Shown here piece by piece: positions 51,582-60,144 of a stretch of 64,000 nucleotides of DNA. The notes under the pieces were generated by a model. The model was not told the DNA's origin and searched no databases. It saw only the letters and a list, made by a program, of their open reading frames with translations. This DNA is from an uncultured delta proteobacterium (GTDB lineage Bacteria; Desulfobacterota; Binatia; UBA9968). Made by a program: the position numbers and the translations under genes. The stretch's first letter is position 1. The number at the start of each line of letters is the position of its first letter. The stretch spans positions 32,001-96,000 of the forward strand of contig CAVSHR010000008.1 in assembly GCA_963727625.1 (NCBI GenBank), written 5' to 3'.

Positions 51582-52913
51582 ATGAAGAGTATTCATGATC
51601 ATGAACTGTTAAGAAGTTCATCGGCCTGGGCTCCACTGCGTAAACCACTTTTTCGAGCGCTCTGGATTTCCTCTCTTACGTCAAGCATCGGCACCTGGAT
51701 GCACGAAGTTGGCGCCGCGTGGCTCATGACCTCGCTGACGCTGTCACCTATGATGGTGGCGCTCTTACACACCGCGGCGAGCCTCCCCATGTTTCTGCTG
51801 GCCCTCCCTGCGGGAGCGATTGCCGACATGTTGGATCGGCGCAAAATCTTACTATTCACACAGGGCTGGATGCTCGCTTCAGCGGCAGTGCTTTGTGTGG
51901 TTACGGCTTTGGGTGTGATCACTCCGTGGTTGTTACTCATTCTGACATTCGCCCTTGGTGTCGGCGCGGCAATGAATGCCCCTGCGTGGCAGTCGACGAT
52001 CCCCGAGTTTGTCCCTGCTGCGAATATTCCGGCCGCAGTGGCTCTAACCGGTCTGGGCTTGAACTTAGCGCGCGCTGTGGGACCGGCAATTGGCGGAGCC
52101 ATAGTGAAAGGGGTCGGAGCTTGGGCGGTCTTTCTTTTGAATGCTGCTTCGTTTCTCGGAGTGATAGTGGTCCTCTTTTGCTGGCGCGGCACATCAGAGC
52201 AGAAGCCATCACCGGCCAGTCCCGTAATGAGTAACATCGGTGAAGGAATCCAATACGCTTTACACGAACCGGGTCTGCGCGCAGTGCTGGTTCGTGTCAG
52301 TCTTTTCGTACCATTTGCAAGCGCCTTGTGGGCTTTGGTGCCACTACTGGCCCGCCACGATCTAGCACTGAATTGCTCCGACTATGGAGCCCTTTTTGGC
52401 TGCTTGGGCATAGGCTCAGTGATGGGTGCCCTATTTCTCCCCAAGTTACGTTGCCACTTTGCCACTGACACCCTTGTGGGCAGCGCCACCATTCTGTTTG
52501 CGGCAGCGACAGCAGCGTTGGCCGAGGTCCGTCATTTTGGATTGTTATGTTTGGTGTTGATGGTCGGGGGCATGGCATGGATTACCTTGATGTCCGCTTT
52601 CAATGTAGCAACCCAGATGGCGGTACCGTCATGGATCAGGGCTCGGGCGCGAGCCTTATATCTCTTGGTCTTCCACGGTTGCATGACTGTTGGAGGCGTG
52701 TTTTGGGGCGTGCTAACCGAGCATGCGGGAGTCTCTGCCTCGCTCCTAGGCGCAGCGGCAGGAATGGTCGTGGGTGTCGCGGCTATTAGGCTGTGTCCGC
52801 TACCGGAATCAGGGATGAGTTCTACGACTCACCGGCCGGAGCCGACTCGCGAAAGTATGGGCCTATCATCCGTGGCAGCTGGTGCTTATGGGCATCGGTC
52901 AAATATGGGTTAG
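51582..52913 (+). CDS. MFS transporter (MFS_3/DUF894 type)
   Basis: FRALW..S.IGTWM..VGAAWLM, GAIADMLDRR, NLARAVGPAIGG; about 12 TM. Confidence 0.9.
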   Translation: MKSIHDHELLRSSSAWAPLRKPLFRALWISSLTSSIGTWMHEVGAAWLMTSLTLSPMMVALLHTAASLPMFLLALPAGAIADMLDRRKILLFTQGWMLASAAVLCVVTALGVITPWLLLILTFALGVGAAMNAPAWQSTIPEFVPAANIPAAVALTGLGLNLARAVGPAIGGAIVKGVGAWAVFLLNAASFLGVIVVLFCWRGTSEQKPSPASPVMSNIGEGIQYALHEPGLRAVLVRVSLFVPFASALWALVPLLARHDLALNCSDYGALFGCLGIGSVMGALFLPKLRCHFATDTLVGSATILFAAATAALAEVRHFGLLCLVLMVGGMAWITLMSAFNVATQMAVPSWIRARARALYLLVFHGCMTVGGVFWGVLTEHAGVSASLLGAAAGMVVGVAAIRLCPLPESGMSSTTHRPEPTRESMGLSSVAAGAYGHRSNMG

Positions 52914-53274
52914 AGCACTCCATTGAGTAAACAAATTGCGAACAGAATGGTTGAACGCGAAAAGTACCATTCACTTTAGCTGGACGGTAAAAAAAGGAAA
53001 ATGATGCCGGTCGCGGCCTCAGCGAACAGAGTTTAGTTCGATCCTCCCGAGAAATGTCAAGAATCGTCGGCCGTGATTCGGCCAGCGTTACTAATCAATT
53101 GGTTGGATTCAGTTGATCGAGAAATAAAGGCACTTTCAAAAAACATCGAAACAGATTTTCCGCGTTTTCGCCGGGCGCGAAGCATCGACGGTTGGAGTGC
53201 GCGTGGAACGACGGTGAGAGGCGTTCTCACTTTGTTGAGGGGGTTAGATAAAATGCTGTCTGGTTTGACTGTGT

Positions 53275-53364
53275 GACTTACACATTTTCTTACACAGTCA
53301 CATAATTTACAAAAATAAAACTAATACTATTAAATAGTTAACGTTAGACGCGCCGGACTCAAAA
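53275..53364 (+). repeat. 90-bp att-like module, copy 1, ending in a tRNA-Leu(CAA) core
   Basis: GACTTACACATTTTCTTACACAGTCA, AT-rich spacer, ATAGTTAAC, then TAGACGCGCCGGACTCAAAA identical to 46402-46421. Confidence 0.85.
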
Positions 53365-53439
53365 GTTATCCTTTGTCGGGCAAATCTGTCCGGGCTAAAC
53401 ACAAACACGGGGAGCGAATCCTATAACTGAACCAGCAAT

Positions 53440-53473
53440 GCGAGCGTGGCGGAATGGCAGACGCAGTGGACTC
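53440..53473 (+). pseudogene. 5' exon of a tRNA-Leu(CAA) gene
   Basis: GCGAGCG-TG-GCGGAATGGCAGACGC-A-GTGGA-CTC; TATAAC box at 53422-53427. Confidence 0.85.
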
Positions 53474-53660
53474 AAACCAAACTTGAGTGCTTGTGCGGGA
53501 AACCGCCGATGTAGAACTGCTCAAAGTCGGGGAAGCCTGTAACATGGTAATCCCGAGCCAAGCCCCTTAAGCAGGGGAAGGTGTAGAGACTAGACGGGCA
53601 GCACCTAAGTAACGGATTCGATCCGCGATATGGTGAAGGGATAGTCCAGACTCCAAACCG
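53474..53660 (+). ncRNA. Group I intron (IC3, tRNA type), 3' truncated
   Basis: P1 ACTCAA/TTGAGT, P2 with GAAA loop, P3 CTGCTC/GGGCAG, P4 TCGGG/CCCGA, GAGCCAAG, GAAGGTGTAGAGACTAGACGG, P8 with CCTAAG/TATGG receptor, P7 GACTA/TAGTC; no P9/omega-G/3' exon follows directly. Confidence 0.88.
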
Positions 53661-53736
53661 GTTGTCATAACATCAGGCATGAGACATCAACGTGCATTGA
53701 ATCGGAAGTCCATTTCGCTCACGTCCGACCGAGCGA

Positions 53737-54351
53737 CTAATCGCAGCAAGTATCGCCACGTAGGGCTTCGATTCCTTCTTTAGCGATGATCGGAACCATC
53801 GCCAAAGCGGCTACTGGATCAGCCCACCACCAACCAAATAGAGCGTAAAGTCCGAGGCCGAGCACAAGGATTGCTGACAAATAAGCGCAAATGTCGGTCT
53901 GCCTAGAATCGGCGTGCATGGCTTGGCTCTTGATCGACGAAGCCACTTTGCGTTTGGCCGATGCGAGAAGGGGCATCACGATTAAGGATAAGATTGCCAC
54001 ACCGATACCAACATAACTTTTTTCCGGTGCCTCGCGAAACCACAGAGTCGTTACAGCATCGATCGCAACGTACGCGGCGAGCGCTAAAAAGCTGAAGCCG
54101 ACCAGTTTTAAGGCGATCTGCTCCCGATGTTCCCCGGAAACCAGACGCCACAGCAACACCGCTCCCGATGAGACTTCGATCACCGAATCAATGCCAAAGC
54201 CGACAAGCGCAACGCTCCCTGCAACGATACCGGCGCCGATAGATATGATGGCCTCGAGTGAGTTCCAGCCAATCGTGAGATATTCGAGTCTGCGCCCACG
54301 TCGGACAATAGCAGCACGGGGATTTTCTTGAGTTACAACTTCTATGCTCAT
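53737..54351 (-). CDS. Cation diffusion facilitator-like (Co/Zn/Cd) transporter, short form
   Basis: TIGWNSLEA, SVALVGFGIDS.IE, ADSRQT..C and WWWADP; six TM. Confidence 0.88.
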   Translation of the reverse strand: MSIEVVTQENPRAAIVRRGRRLEYLTIGWNSLEAIISIGAGIVAGSVALVGFGIDSVIEVSSGAVLLWRLVSGEHREQIALKLVGFSFLALAAYVAIDAVTTLWFREAPEKSYVGIGVAILSLIVMPLLASAKRKVASSIKSQAMHADSRQTDICAYLSAILVLGLGLYALFGWWWADPVAALAMVPIIAKEGIEALRGDTCCD

Positions 54352-54532
54352 TTTTGAAATGTATCAGTCAGCACATAAACGGAGCAATACCGCTTGCAAG
54401 ACGATCTCTGTTCCGCACTAGATTGTTGCCCCTTGACCTGAATTTTGGTTTAAAGTTTTACATACCTTGTTAAAAACGGATGGCCACAATCATGGCACGG
54501 GCGGTGTCGGCGTCGGTGGACCGTAATGGCTA

Positions 54533-54559
54533 AGGGTTCAACTCCCTCCGCCCGCACCA
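54533..54559 (+). repeat. tRNA 3'-end remnant (Leu-type), att-like
   Basis: AGGG-TTCAACT-CCCT-C-CGCCCGC-ACCA: T arm, acceptor strand, discriminator A and CCA. Confidence 0.75.
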
Positions 54560-54632
54560 TCCTTTCTTACGGTCTTCCTTTTACCTCTGCTCTCTCCTAG
54601 AGCGGGCGGGTGCGAATAGCCAGTCAGTCCGT

Positions 54633-56933
54633 TTAGCTGGAGAACGCGAATTGATTCTCTCTGAATAGCTGTATGCATGCATCGGCGACGGCTACGTCAT
54701 AACTGCTGCCCCGGTGTGCCGAGATTTCCTCAAGGGCTCTCTCTATCCCGAGACCGGGCCGATACGGGCGGTGCGAGGCCATCGCCTCGACGGTGTCTGC
54801 CACTGCAAGGATTTTCGCGCCAATCAGGATCTCCGGGTCTTTCAGTCCGCGCGGATAGCCGGACCCGTCAAGCCGTTCGTGATGCTGATAAACGATTTGC
54901 GCAATCGGCCACGGGAAATCGATTTCCTTGAGGATGCTGTAACCCGCCTCGGCGTGGGTCTTGATCAGTTCATATTCCAATGAGGTGAGGCGCGAAGGTT
55001 TTGAGAGAATTTCGGCTGGCACCGTGAGTTTTCCAAGATCATGCACAATCCCGGCGAGACGAATGCCGTTAATCTCGTCCTCGGCTAGATTGAGTTTGCG
55101 AGCAATGGCCTCGGCAAGTTCAGCTACCCTGCGTTGGTGTCCCGCCGTGTAGGGGTCGCGCATATCTACGGTGGCAGCCATCGCGGATATAGTCCCTTCC
55201 ATACTACGTTTCAGACGTTCAGCGCTTTGCGCATGTGCCGCCCTAACCCTCAAGGTCGCTATGCCGAAGGCGAGATCATCCGCGAGCTCGCCGAGTAACC
55301 GGACTTCTTCTTGATCGAAGCCGTTCCGTTCCGCTGCATAGATGCTAAGCGCCCCGAACACACTGCCATTGTTTTGGAGCGGAGCGGCCAGCACCGAACC
55401 GTAACCAGTCCTGATCGCGTCATCTCGCCACGACGCATACCCTGGATCTTCAAGAACGTTCTGCACCAGTTGAATGCTTCGCGTCCGAATGGCTTTACCG
55501 ACAGGACCGCTCCCGAGTTCATTATCAGCCCAACTTCTTGTTTTACATGGTTCCGGGCAGCCGTCATCGTAGCCCCATTGGGCAACCTGCCGCACAGTCT
55601 TCTCGGCGTCACCCTCGGCATAGCCGATGCAGGCAACACGATAGCCGGCGATGTCAACAATAATGCGGCACAGTTCGCGCACCAGATCGTTTTCGTCTAT
55701 TGCGTGAATGATAGCATCGTTACAATGACTCAAGGCCGTCAATGCCCGGGTCAGTTTCCGCTGCGTAACCTCGGCCCCTTTGCGCTCGGTAACATCGCGA
55801 AAGAACCACACCCGCCCGTAATACGTGGAATCCGCGCCGAACATGCCGGAAGAATAGCGATCGATGGTTCGACCGTCCTTCAGCTCGATTTCTTCGTGGC
55901 TGGTCTCATCTTTGTGTTCGTAGAGAAATTGGACTCTCGTGACAAACGCCGCCGGATCGCTGACCTGCCCTCTGACGTTTTGCAACACCGGCGCGTCTAT
56001 GCCGGCGATTACCATCTCCTCAGGCACCTTCCACAAATCGACAAACTGCCGATTGTACGAAATGATCTCTGCCTGCTCGTTGACAACCAGGATGGCGTCC
56101 GGGGAAACCTGCTGCTGGGTCGTGAGCACAGCGTTCTTGAATTGCAACTCGTGCAGGATCTGCTGGCGACCCGTGATATCCCGGGCGTTAATGATAATCC
56201 CGCCGATCAGCGGATCATCGAGCACATTCTTGGTGATCGTCTCAAGCAGCAACCAATTTCCATTCTTATGCCGGTAGCGAAGTTCCGCACTGTTATTAGA
56301 TGTTCCCACCGTGTTTGCGGCAGGCGCTAGCATGGTCAGCGCAACGGTCAAATCGTCCGGGCACAAAAATTCCCTGATGTCGCGATTGAGGAATTCCGAG
56401 GGTTCGTATCCCAGGATTCGTTCGACGTTCGGGTTGGCGTAGGTGATCGTGCCCCGGCTGTCGACAATTGCAATCAAATCTGAACTGTTTTCGATCAAAG
56501 CTCGAAAGCGCCGATCATGATCAGCCACAGCCAGCTCGGATCGGTTGCGCTCGGTCGAGTCGCGCAAAACGAGTTGGAAACCTTTTTCATTTTCGTGGCG
56601 GTAAGAGGTTACAGTAATTTCAACGTCAACCGAGGTGCCATCTGCTTTTAGCAGTCGATCTTCAAAGCGGACTAGCCCGATCTTGCAGGCTTGGAGTTCT
56701 TTGATGCTCGCGTGAACCCTCTCCAGGGACGTTGGCGGAATGAAATCGAACACGGACTGCCCCACGATTTTCGCGGGGTGCGTAACTCCGAGCAGTTTCG
56801 CGCAAGCGTCATTGACAAGCACGATTTTTCCGTTCGTTTGGATAAGAATTCCGTCAGGAGAGAGTTCAAATAGGTGATGATAACGGTCATCTGATTCCCG
56901 CAGTAATCTGGCGCTAAGCTTTTCGGCATACAT
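54633..56933 (-). CDS. PAS-PAS-PAS-GAF-HD-GYP cyclic di-GMP phosphodiesterase
   Basis: Three PAS repeats, GAF (GSGPVGKAIRT), RDPYTAGHQ, HDLGK and HHERLDGSGYPRGL. Confidence 0.93.
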   Translation of the reverse strand: MYAEKLSARLLRESDDRYHHLFELSPDGILIQTNGKIVLVNDACAKLLGVTHPAKIVGQSVFDFIPPTSLERVHASIKELQACKIGLVRFEDRLLKADGTSVDVEITVTSYRHENEKGFQLVLRDSTERNRSELAVADHDRRFRALIENSSDLIAIVDSRGTITYANPNVERILGYEPSEFLNRDIREFLCPDDLTVALTMLAPAANTVGTSNNSAELRYRHKNGNWLLLETITKNVLDDPLIGGIIINARDITGRQQILHELQFKNAVLTTQQQVSPDAILVVNEQAEIISYNRQFVDLWKVPEEMVIAGIDAPVLQNVRGQVSDPAAFVTRVQFLYEHKDETSHEEIELKDGRTIDRYSSGMFGADSTYYGRVWFFRDVTERKGAEVTQRKLTRALTALSHCNDAIIHAIDENDLVRELCRIIVDIAGYRVACIGYAEGDAEKTVRQVAQWGYDDGCPEPCKTRSWADNELGSGPVGKAIRTRSIQLVQNVLEDPGYASWRDDAIRTGYGSVLAAPLQNNGSVFGALSIYAAERNGFDQEEVRLLGELADDLAFGIATLRVRAAHAQSAERLKRSMEGTISAMAATVDMRDPYTAGHQRRVAELAEAIARKLNLAEDEINGIRLAGIVHDLGKLTVPAEILSKPSRLTSLEYELIKTHAEAGYSILKEIDFPWPIAQIVYQHHERLDGSGYPRGLKDPEILIGAKILAVADTVEAMASHRPYRPGLGIERALEEISAHRGSSYDVAVADACIQLFRENQFAFSS

Positions 56934-57385
56934 ATCGACTCTCTTGCTGCACCAGAGTCGTAGCGAAGAGCAGATTAAATATGTGTTGGTGCTGAGGCAT
57001 TAACTATCAAGTTTCCAGAAACCCACGAAACCAATTGAACTAGGATGAGCGTGCTTGCAAACTTAGGAAATCCGGTATGCGGCACGGTAACAAAGACGTC
57101 TATAACAACGCAGGCGCAAAGGTCGCGCCAAAAGACTTAAACCGCCAAGCATCTAAATTATCGACATTAATCCTTCGGTCGGGGGACCGGTATAACAGTT
57201 ACAATGACGAAATCTTCTATTTTTTGTACATATATGGACGAGATGAACTCGTATGGGCTGAAATTTCCCCCTGAATGTGCAGCTGTGAAGTGCGCGGCGA
57301 ATGCGAACGGTTCCCGTTTCTTTACAGATTTTCTTGTTCTGAACCTGTTGTAGGTTCGTAATGAGGCAGTTCAACTGGCTTGTGA

Positions 57386-57477
57386 GACTTACACATTTTC
57401 TTACACAGTCAGATTTTAATTTTCGAATATATTAATTATTACAGATAGTTAACATCAGAAGCAGAAGACTCAAAATC
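57386..57477 (+). repeat. 90-bp att-like module, copy 2
   Basis: Same 26-mer as 53275-53300, with ATAGTTAAC and GACTCAAAA at identical offsets (+59, +81). Confidence 0.85.
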
Positions 57478-57513
57478 TGATGCGGTCAGTTTGACCAACC
57501 TCAAGCGGGGTGG

Positions 57514-57540
57514 GAGCTATTGATTGCTAATCAATTGGTC
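57514..57540 (+). repeat. Degenerate tRNA anticodon-arm remnant (Lys-like)
   Basis: GAGCT-ATTGA-TTGCTAA-TCAAT-TGGTC forms a 5-bp stem/7-nt loop with tRNA-type flanks; CTAATCAATTGGT recurs at 53091-53103. Confidence 0.45.
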
Positions 57541-57632
57541 CCTCACAATCAATGGAAATCAAAAGACTTTTTTACGACTGTCCATGAATTTGTCCGTGGG
57601 ACTCCCGTGCGTTCCAACCAATTGCGCAAACA

Positions 57633-57923
57633 GCCTATGAGTGAGAACGCCATACTGGCGGCACTGCGGCGGATGGGTTACCCGAAAGAGAAATGACCGG
57701 CCATGGATTCCGCAGCATGGCGTCGACGCTGCTGCACGAACAAGGCTGGAATCATCAAGCGATCGAGCGCCAGCTTGCCCATGCCGAGCGCAACGCCGTA
57801 AGCGCGGCCTACAATTTCGCCGAGCACCTGCCGGAGCGGCGCAAGATGATGCAGGCTTGGGCGGATTATCTGGACGGGCTAAAAGCTGGGGCGGAATTGA
57901 TACCGTTGTTTAGGAAGGCGTAA
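57633..57923 (+). pseudogene. Second copy of the integrase 3' end
   Basis: Colinear with 45892-46183 (PMSENA...HGFRSMAST...AAYNFAEHL...FRKA) with mostly synonymous differences and one 1-nt deletion. Confidence 0.92.
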
Positions 57924-58039
57924 GCCGGTCGATGTGAATCTAAATTCCCCCGATGAGGACTATCGGAAGATTCACGAGGAGATTCAGGAAGCCAGGCGAT
58001 GGTTGGCCGCGAAGAAAGATAAGCCGATCATCCACTAAT

Positions 58040-58300
58040 ATGCGCTGCACCAGCTGTGCATGGCTCGCTACTTCTTGCGCGACTTTCACGGCGTCCAGCG
58101 CCAAAACCCGAATGCGATTACGGCGAATGTACTCTTGGGCGCGGGTAGGAATAGATTTCCATACCTGGGCGGGGTCGCGGCTTTGATGCTGCACGAAGAC
58201 GGTTCCGCCGGGGAATCAGGCCATCGAGCGGATATCGCGGCTGCCGAGTCCGGCGGCGCCGTGGAGCGGGTATTGGGCACGGGTCAGGCGGTTTTCGTCA
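58040..58300 (-). pseudogene. Internal fragment resembling pyruvate:ferredoxin oxidoreductase
   Basis: VWKSIP..AQEYIRRNRIRVLALDAVKVAQEVAS..QLVQR resembles the gamma domain of fused 2-oxoacid oxidoreductases. Confidence 0.45.
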
Positions 58301-58434
58301 AACCTGCGAGAATTGCAGGCTAGATTTTTTAGCATTAAGGCAGTTTATAGGCGAAGCAAAACTAAAGGCCAAGCCATCTTAGTTCATGGCAGACGGCAAA
58401 CACTTTCAATCGTAAAGACCGCTGACGCGTTAGC

Positions 58435-60144
58435 TCACGGCACAAGCCCTGCAGCCTTCAGGGCTTTGTAGATCGTATAACCTCCGGACAGGTTCCTTGA
58501 GTGATACCCGTGCTGGGTTAGAAAACGGCTGGCGAAATACGCACGCTGTCCGACCGCGCAACACACCCAGATGTCGCGATCTTTTGGCAGCTCGGCGTAA
58601 CGGGAGCGCAGTTGGGAGAGCGGCAGGTTGATCGCCTTGGGTATGTGCCCGCGGCTAAACTCGTCGCCTTCGCGCACGTCGAGCAATAATGCGTCGGTGC
58701 GGTCAAGCTCCAGCCAATCTGCCACGGGCATGTCGCCATTCAGAACGTTCTCGGCAAGCATGCCGGCGAGGTTGACCGGGTCCTTGGCGGCGCCAAACTG
58801 CGGCGAGTAGCATAGCTCGGCCTCAGCCAGATCGTGCACCGTGCCGTGGAATTGAATTGCCGTGGCGATGACATCGATGCGCTTCTCCACGCCTTCAAAC
58901 CCCACCGCTTGTGCGCCGAGGATACGGCCGTCGGGCACGGAGAATACGAGTTTGAGATGGATCTGCCGCGCGCCGGGATAGTAGCCGGCGTGATGCCCCG
59001 GGTGAAGGTAGACTTTCTCGAAGCCCGTGACGCCGGCGCGTCGCAGTCCTTTCTCGCTCGCGCCGGTCGACGCGACGGTCAGACCCAACACGCCTACCAC
59101 GGCGGTCGCCTGCACGCCGCGGAACTGCGTCGTGCGCCCGGCGATCGACTCGGCGGCTACTCGTCCTTGCCGATTTGCCGGTCCCGCGAGAGGCAGCACC
59201 GTTTCTTGACCCGTAAGCACGTCTTGCACTTCAACGACGTCGCCCACCGCCCAGATACGGGGGTCGGTCGTGCGCATCTGCGCATCGACGACTATCCCGC
59301 CGCGCGGGCCGATCTCTAAACCGGCGTCCTTGGCAAGCGCGGTCTCGGGCCGCACCCCGATGGCCAGAATGACGAGATCTGCCGGCAAGCGTGCGCCGCT
59401 CTCTGCGACGACAACCAAGCCGGCGCCGTCGTGCTCTTCGATGCGCGCAAGCCCGTCGCCCAAACAGAGCTGCACGCCCTTAACAGCAAGGTGTTCCATC
59501 AGCGGCGCCGCCATCTCGGGGTCGAGCGGCGGCATGACCTGGGGCAGCTTCTCCAATACCGTGACGGCCAGCTCGCGATGGATCAAATTTTCGACCATCT
59601 CCAAGCCGATGAACCCGCCGCCGACCACAACGGCGGTCTTGGCGCTATGATCCGTAATCCACGAACGGATGCGGCGGGAGTCCGGGATCGTGCGCACGGC
59701 GAATACGCCGGGCAAATCTACGCCCGGGAGCTGGGGTCGAATCGGCGCGGCGCCGGGCGACAGGACAAGCGCATCGTAGTGCTCCGTGCGCCTGTGGCCT
59801 GTGCGGAGATCGCGCACGTTAATCGTGCCGGCGCTGCGGTCGATGCCAGTGGCCTCGGTATCGGTATGCACCTCGATATTGAAACGCTCATGAAACATTT
59901 CTCGCGACGCCACCAGCAGGCTGCTCTCATCAGAAATGACGTTGCCGACGTAGTACGGCAGCCCGCAGTTCGCGAACGAGACATACGGACCGCGGTCGAT
60001 CAAGACGATCTCGCTGGACTCGTCGAGCCGCCTCAACCGTGCCGCGCAGGAGGCGCCGCCCGCGACACCCCCGACAATGAGTACGCGACGGGGTGTCTCA
60101 CTGTTACGCGAAGCGGTTGACTGGGGGTCAGTTTGCTGGATCAT
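58435..60144 (-). CDS. CoA-disulfide reductase-rhodanese (NADH-persulfide reductase-like)
   Basis: GGVAGGAS.AARLRR, SFANCGLPY, GGGFIGLE, ANRQGR, HAGYYP; rhodanese LDVRE...CAVGQR; GGAGG RBS before ATG 60144. Confidence 0.92.
   Translation of the reverse strand: MIQQTDPQSTASRNSETPRRVLIVGGVAGGASCAARLRRLDESSEIVLIDRGPYVSFANCGLPYYVGNVISDESSLLVASREMFHERFNIEVHTDTEATGIDRSAGTINVRDLRTGHRRTEHYDALVLSPGAAPIRPQLPGVDLPGVFAVRTIPDSRRIRSWITDHSAKTAVVVGGGFIGLEMVENLIHRELAVTVLEKLPQVMPPLDPEMAAPLMEHLAVKGVQLCLGDGLARIEEHDGAGLVVVAESGARLPADLVILAIGVRPETALAKDAGLEIGPRGGIVVDAQMRTTDPRIWAVGDVVEVQDVLTGQETVLPLAGPANRQGRVAAESIAGRTTQFRGVQATAVVGVLGLTVASTGASEKGLRRAGVTGFEKVYLHPGHHAGYYPGARQIHLKLVFSVPDGRILGAQAVGFEGVEKRIDVIATAIQFHGTVHDLAEAELCYSPQFGAAKDPVNLAGMLAENVLNGDMPVADWLELDRTDALLLDVREGDEFSRGHIPKAINLPLSQLRSRYAELPKDRDIWVCCAVGQRAYFASRFLTQHGYHSRNLSGGYTIYKALKAAGLVP

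Noticed and set aside
53660-54351. Homing endonuclease or IS200/605 (IStron) ORF in the intron
   Set aside because: The only ORF is an antisense membrane transporter; no HNH, GIY-YIG, LAGLIDADG, TnpA or TnpB motifs
54497-54559. Stand-alone mini-tRNA (CGGGCGG pairing with CCGCCCG)
   Set aside because: Only about 63 nt with no credible D or anticodon arm; the pairing may be chance in GC-rich sequence
55311-56330. 339-aa plus-strand ORF
   Set aside because: Antisense shadow of the HD-GYP gene
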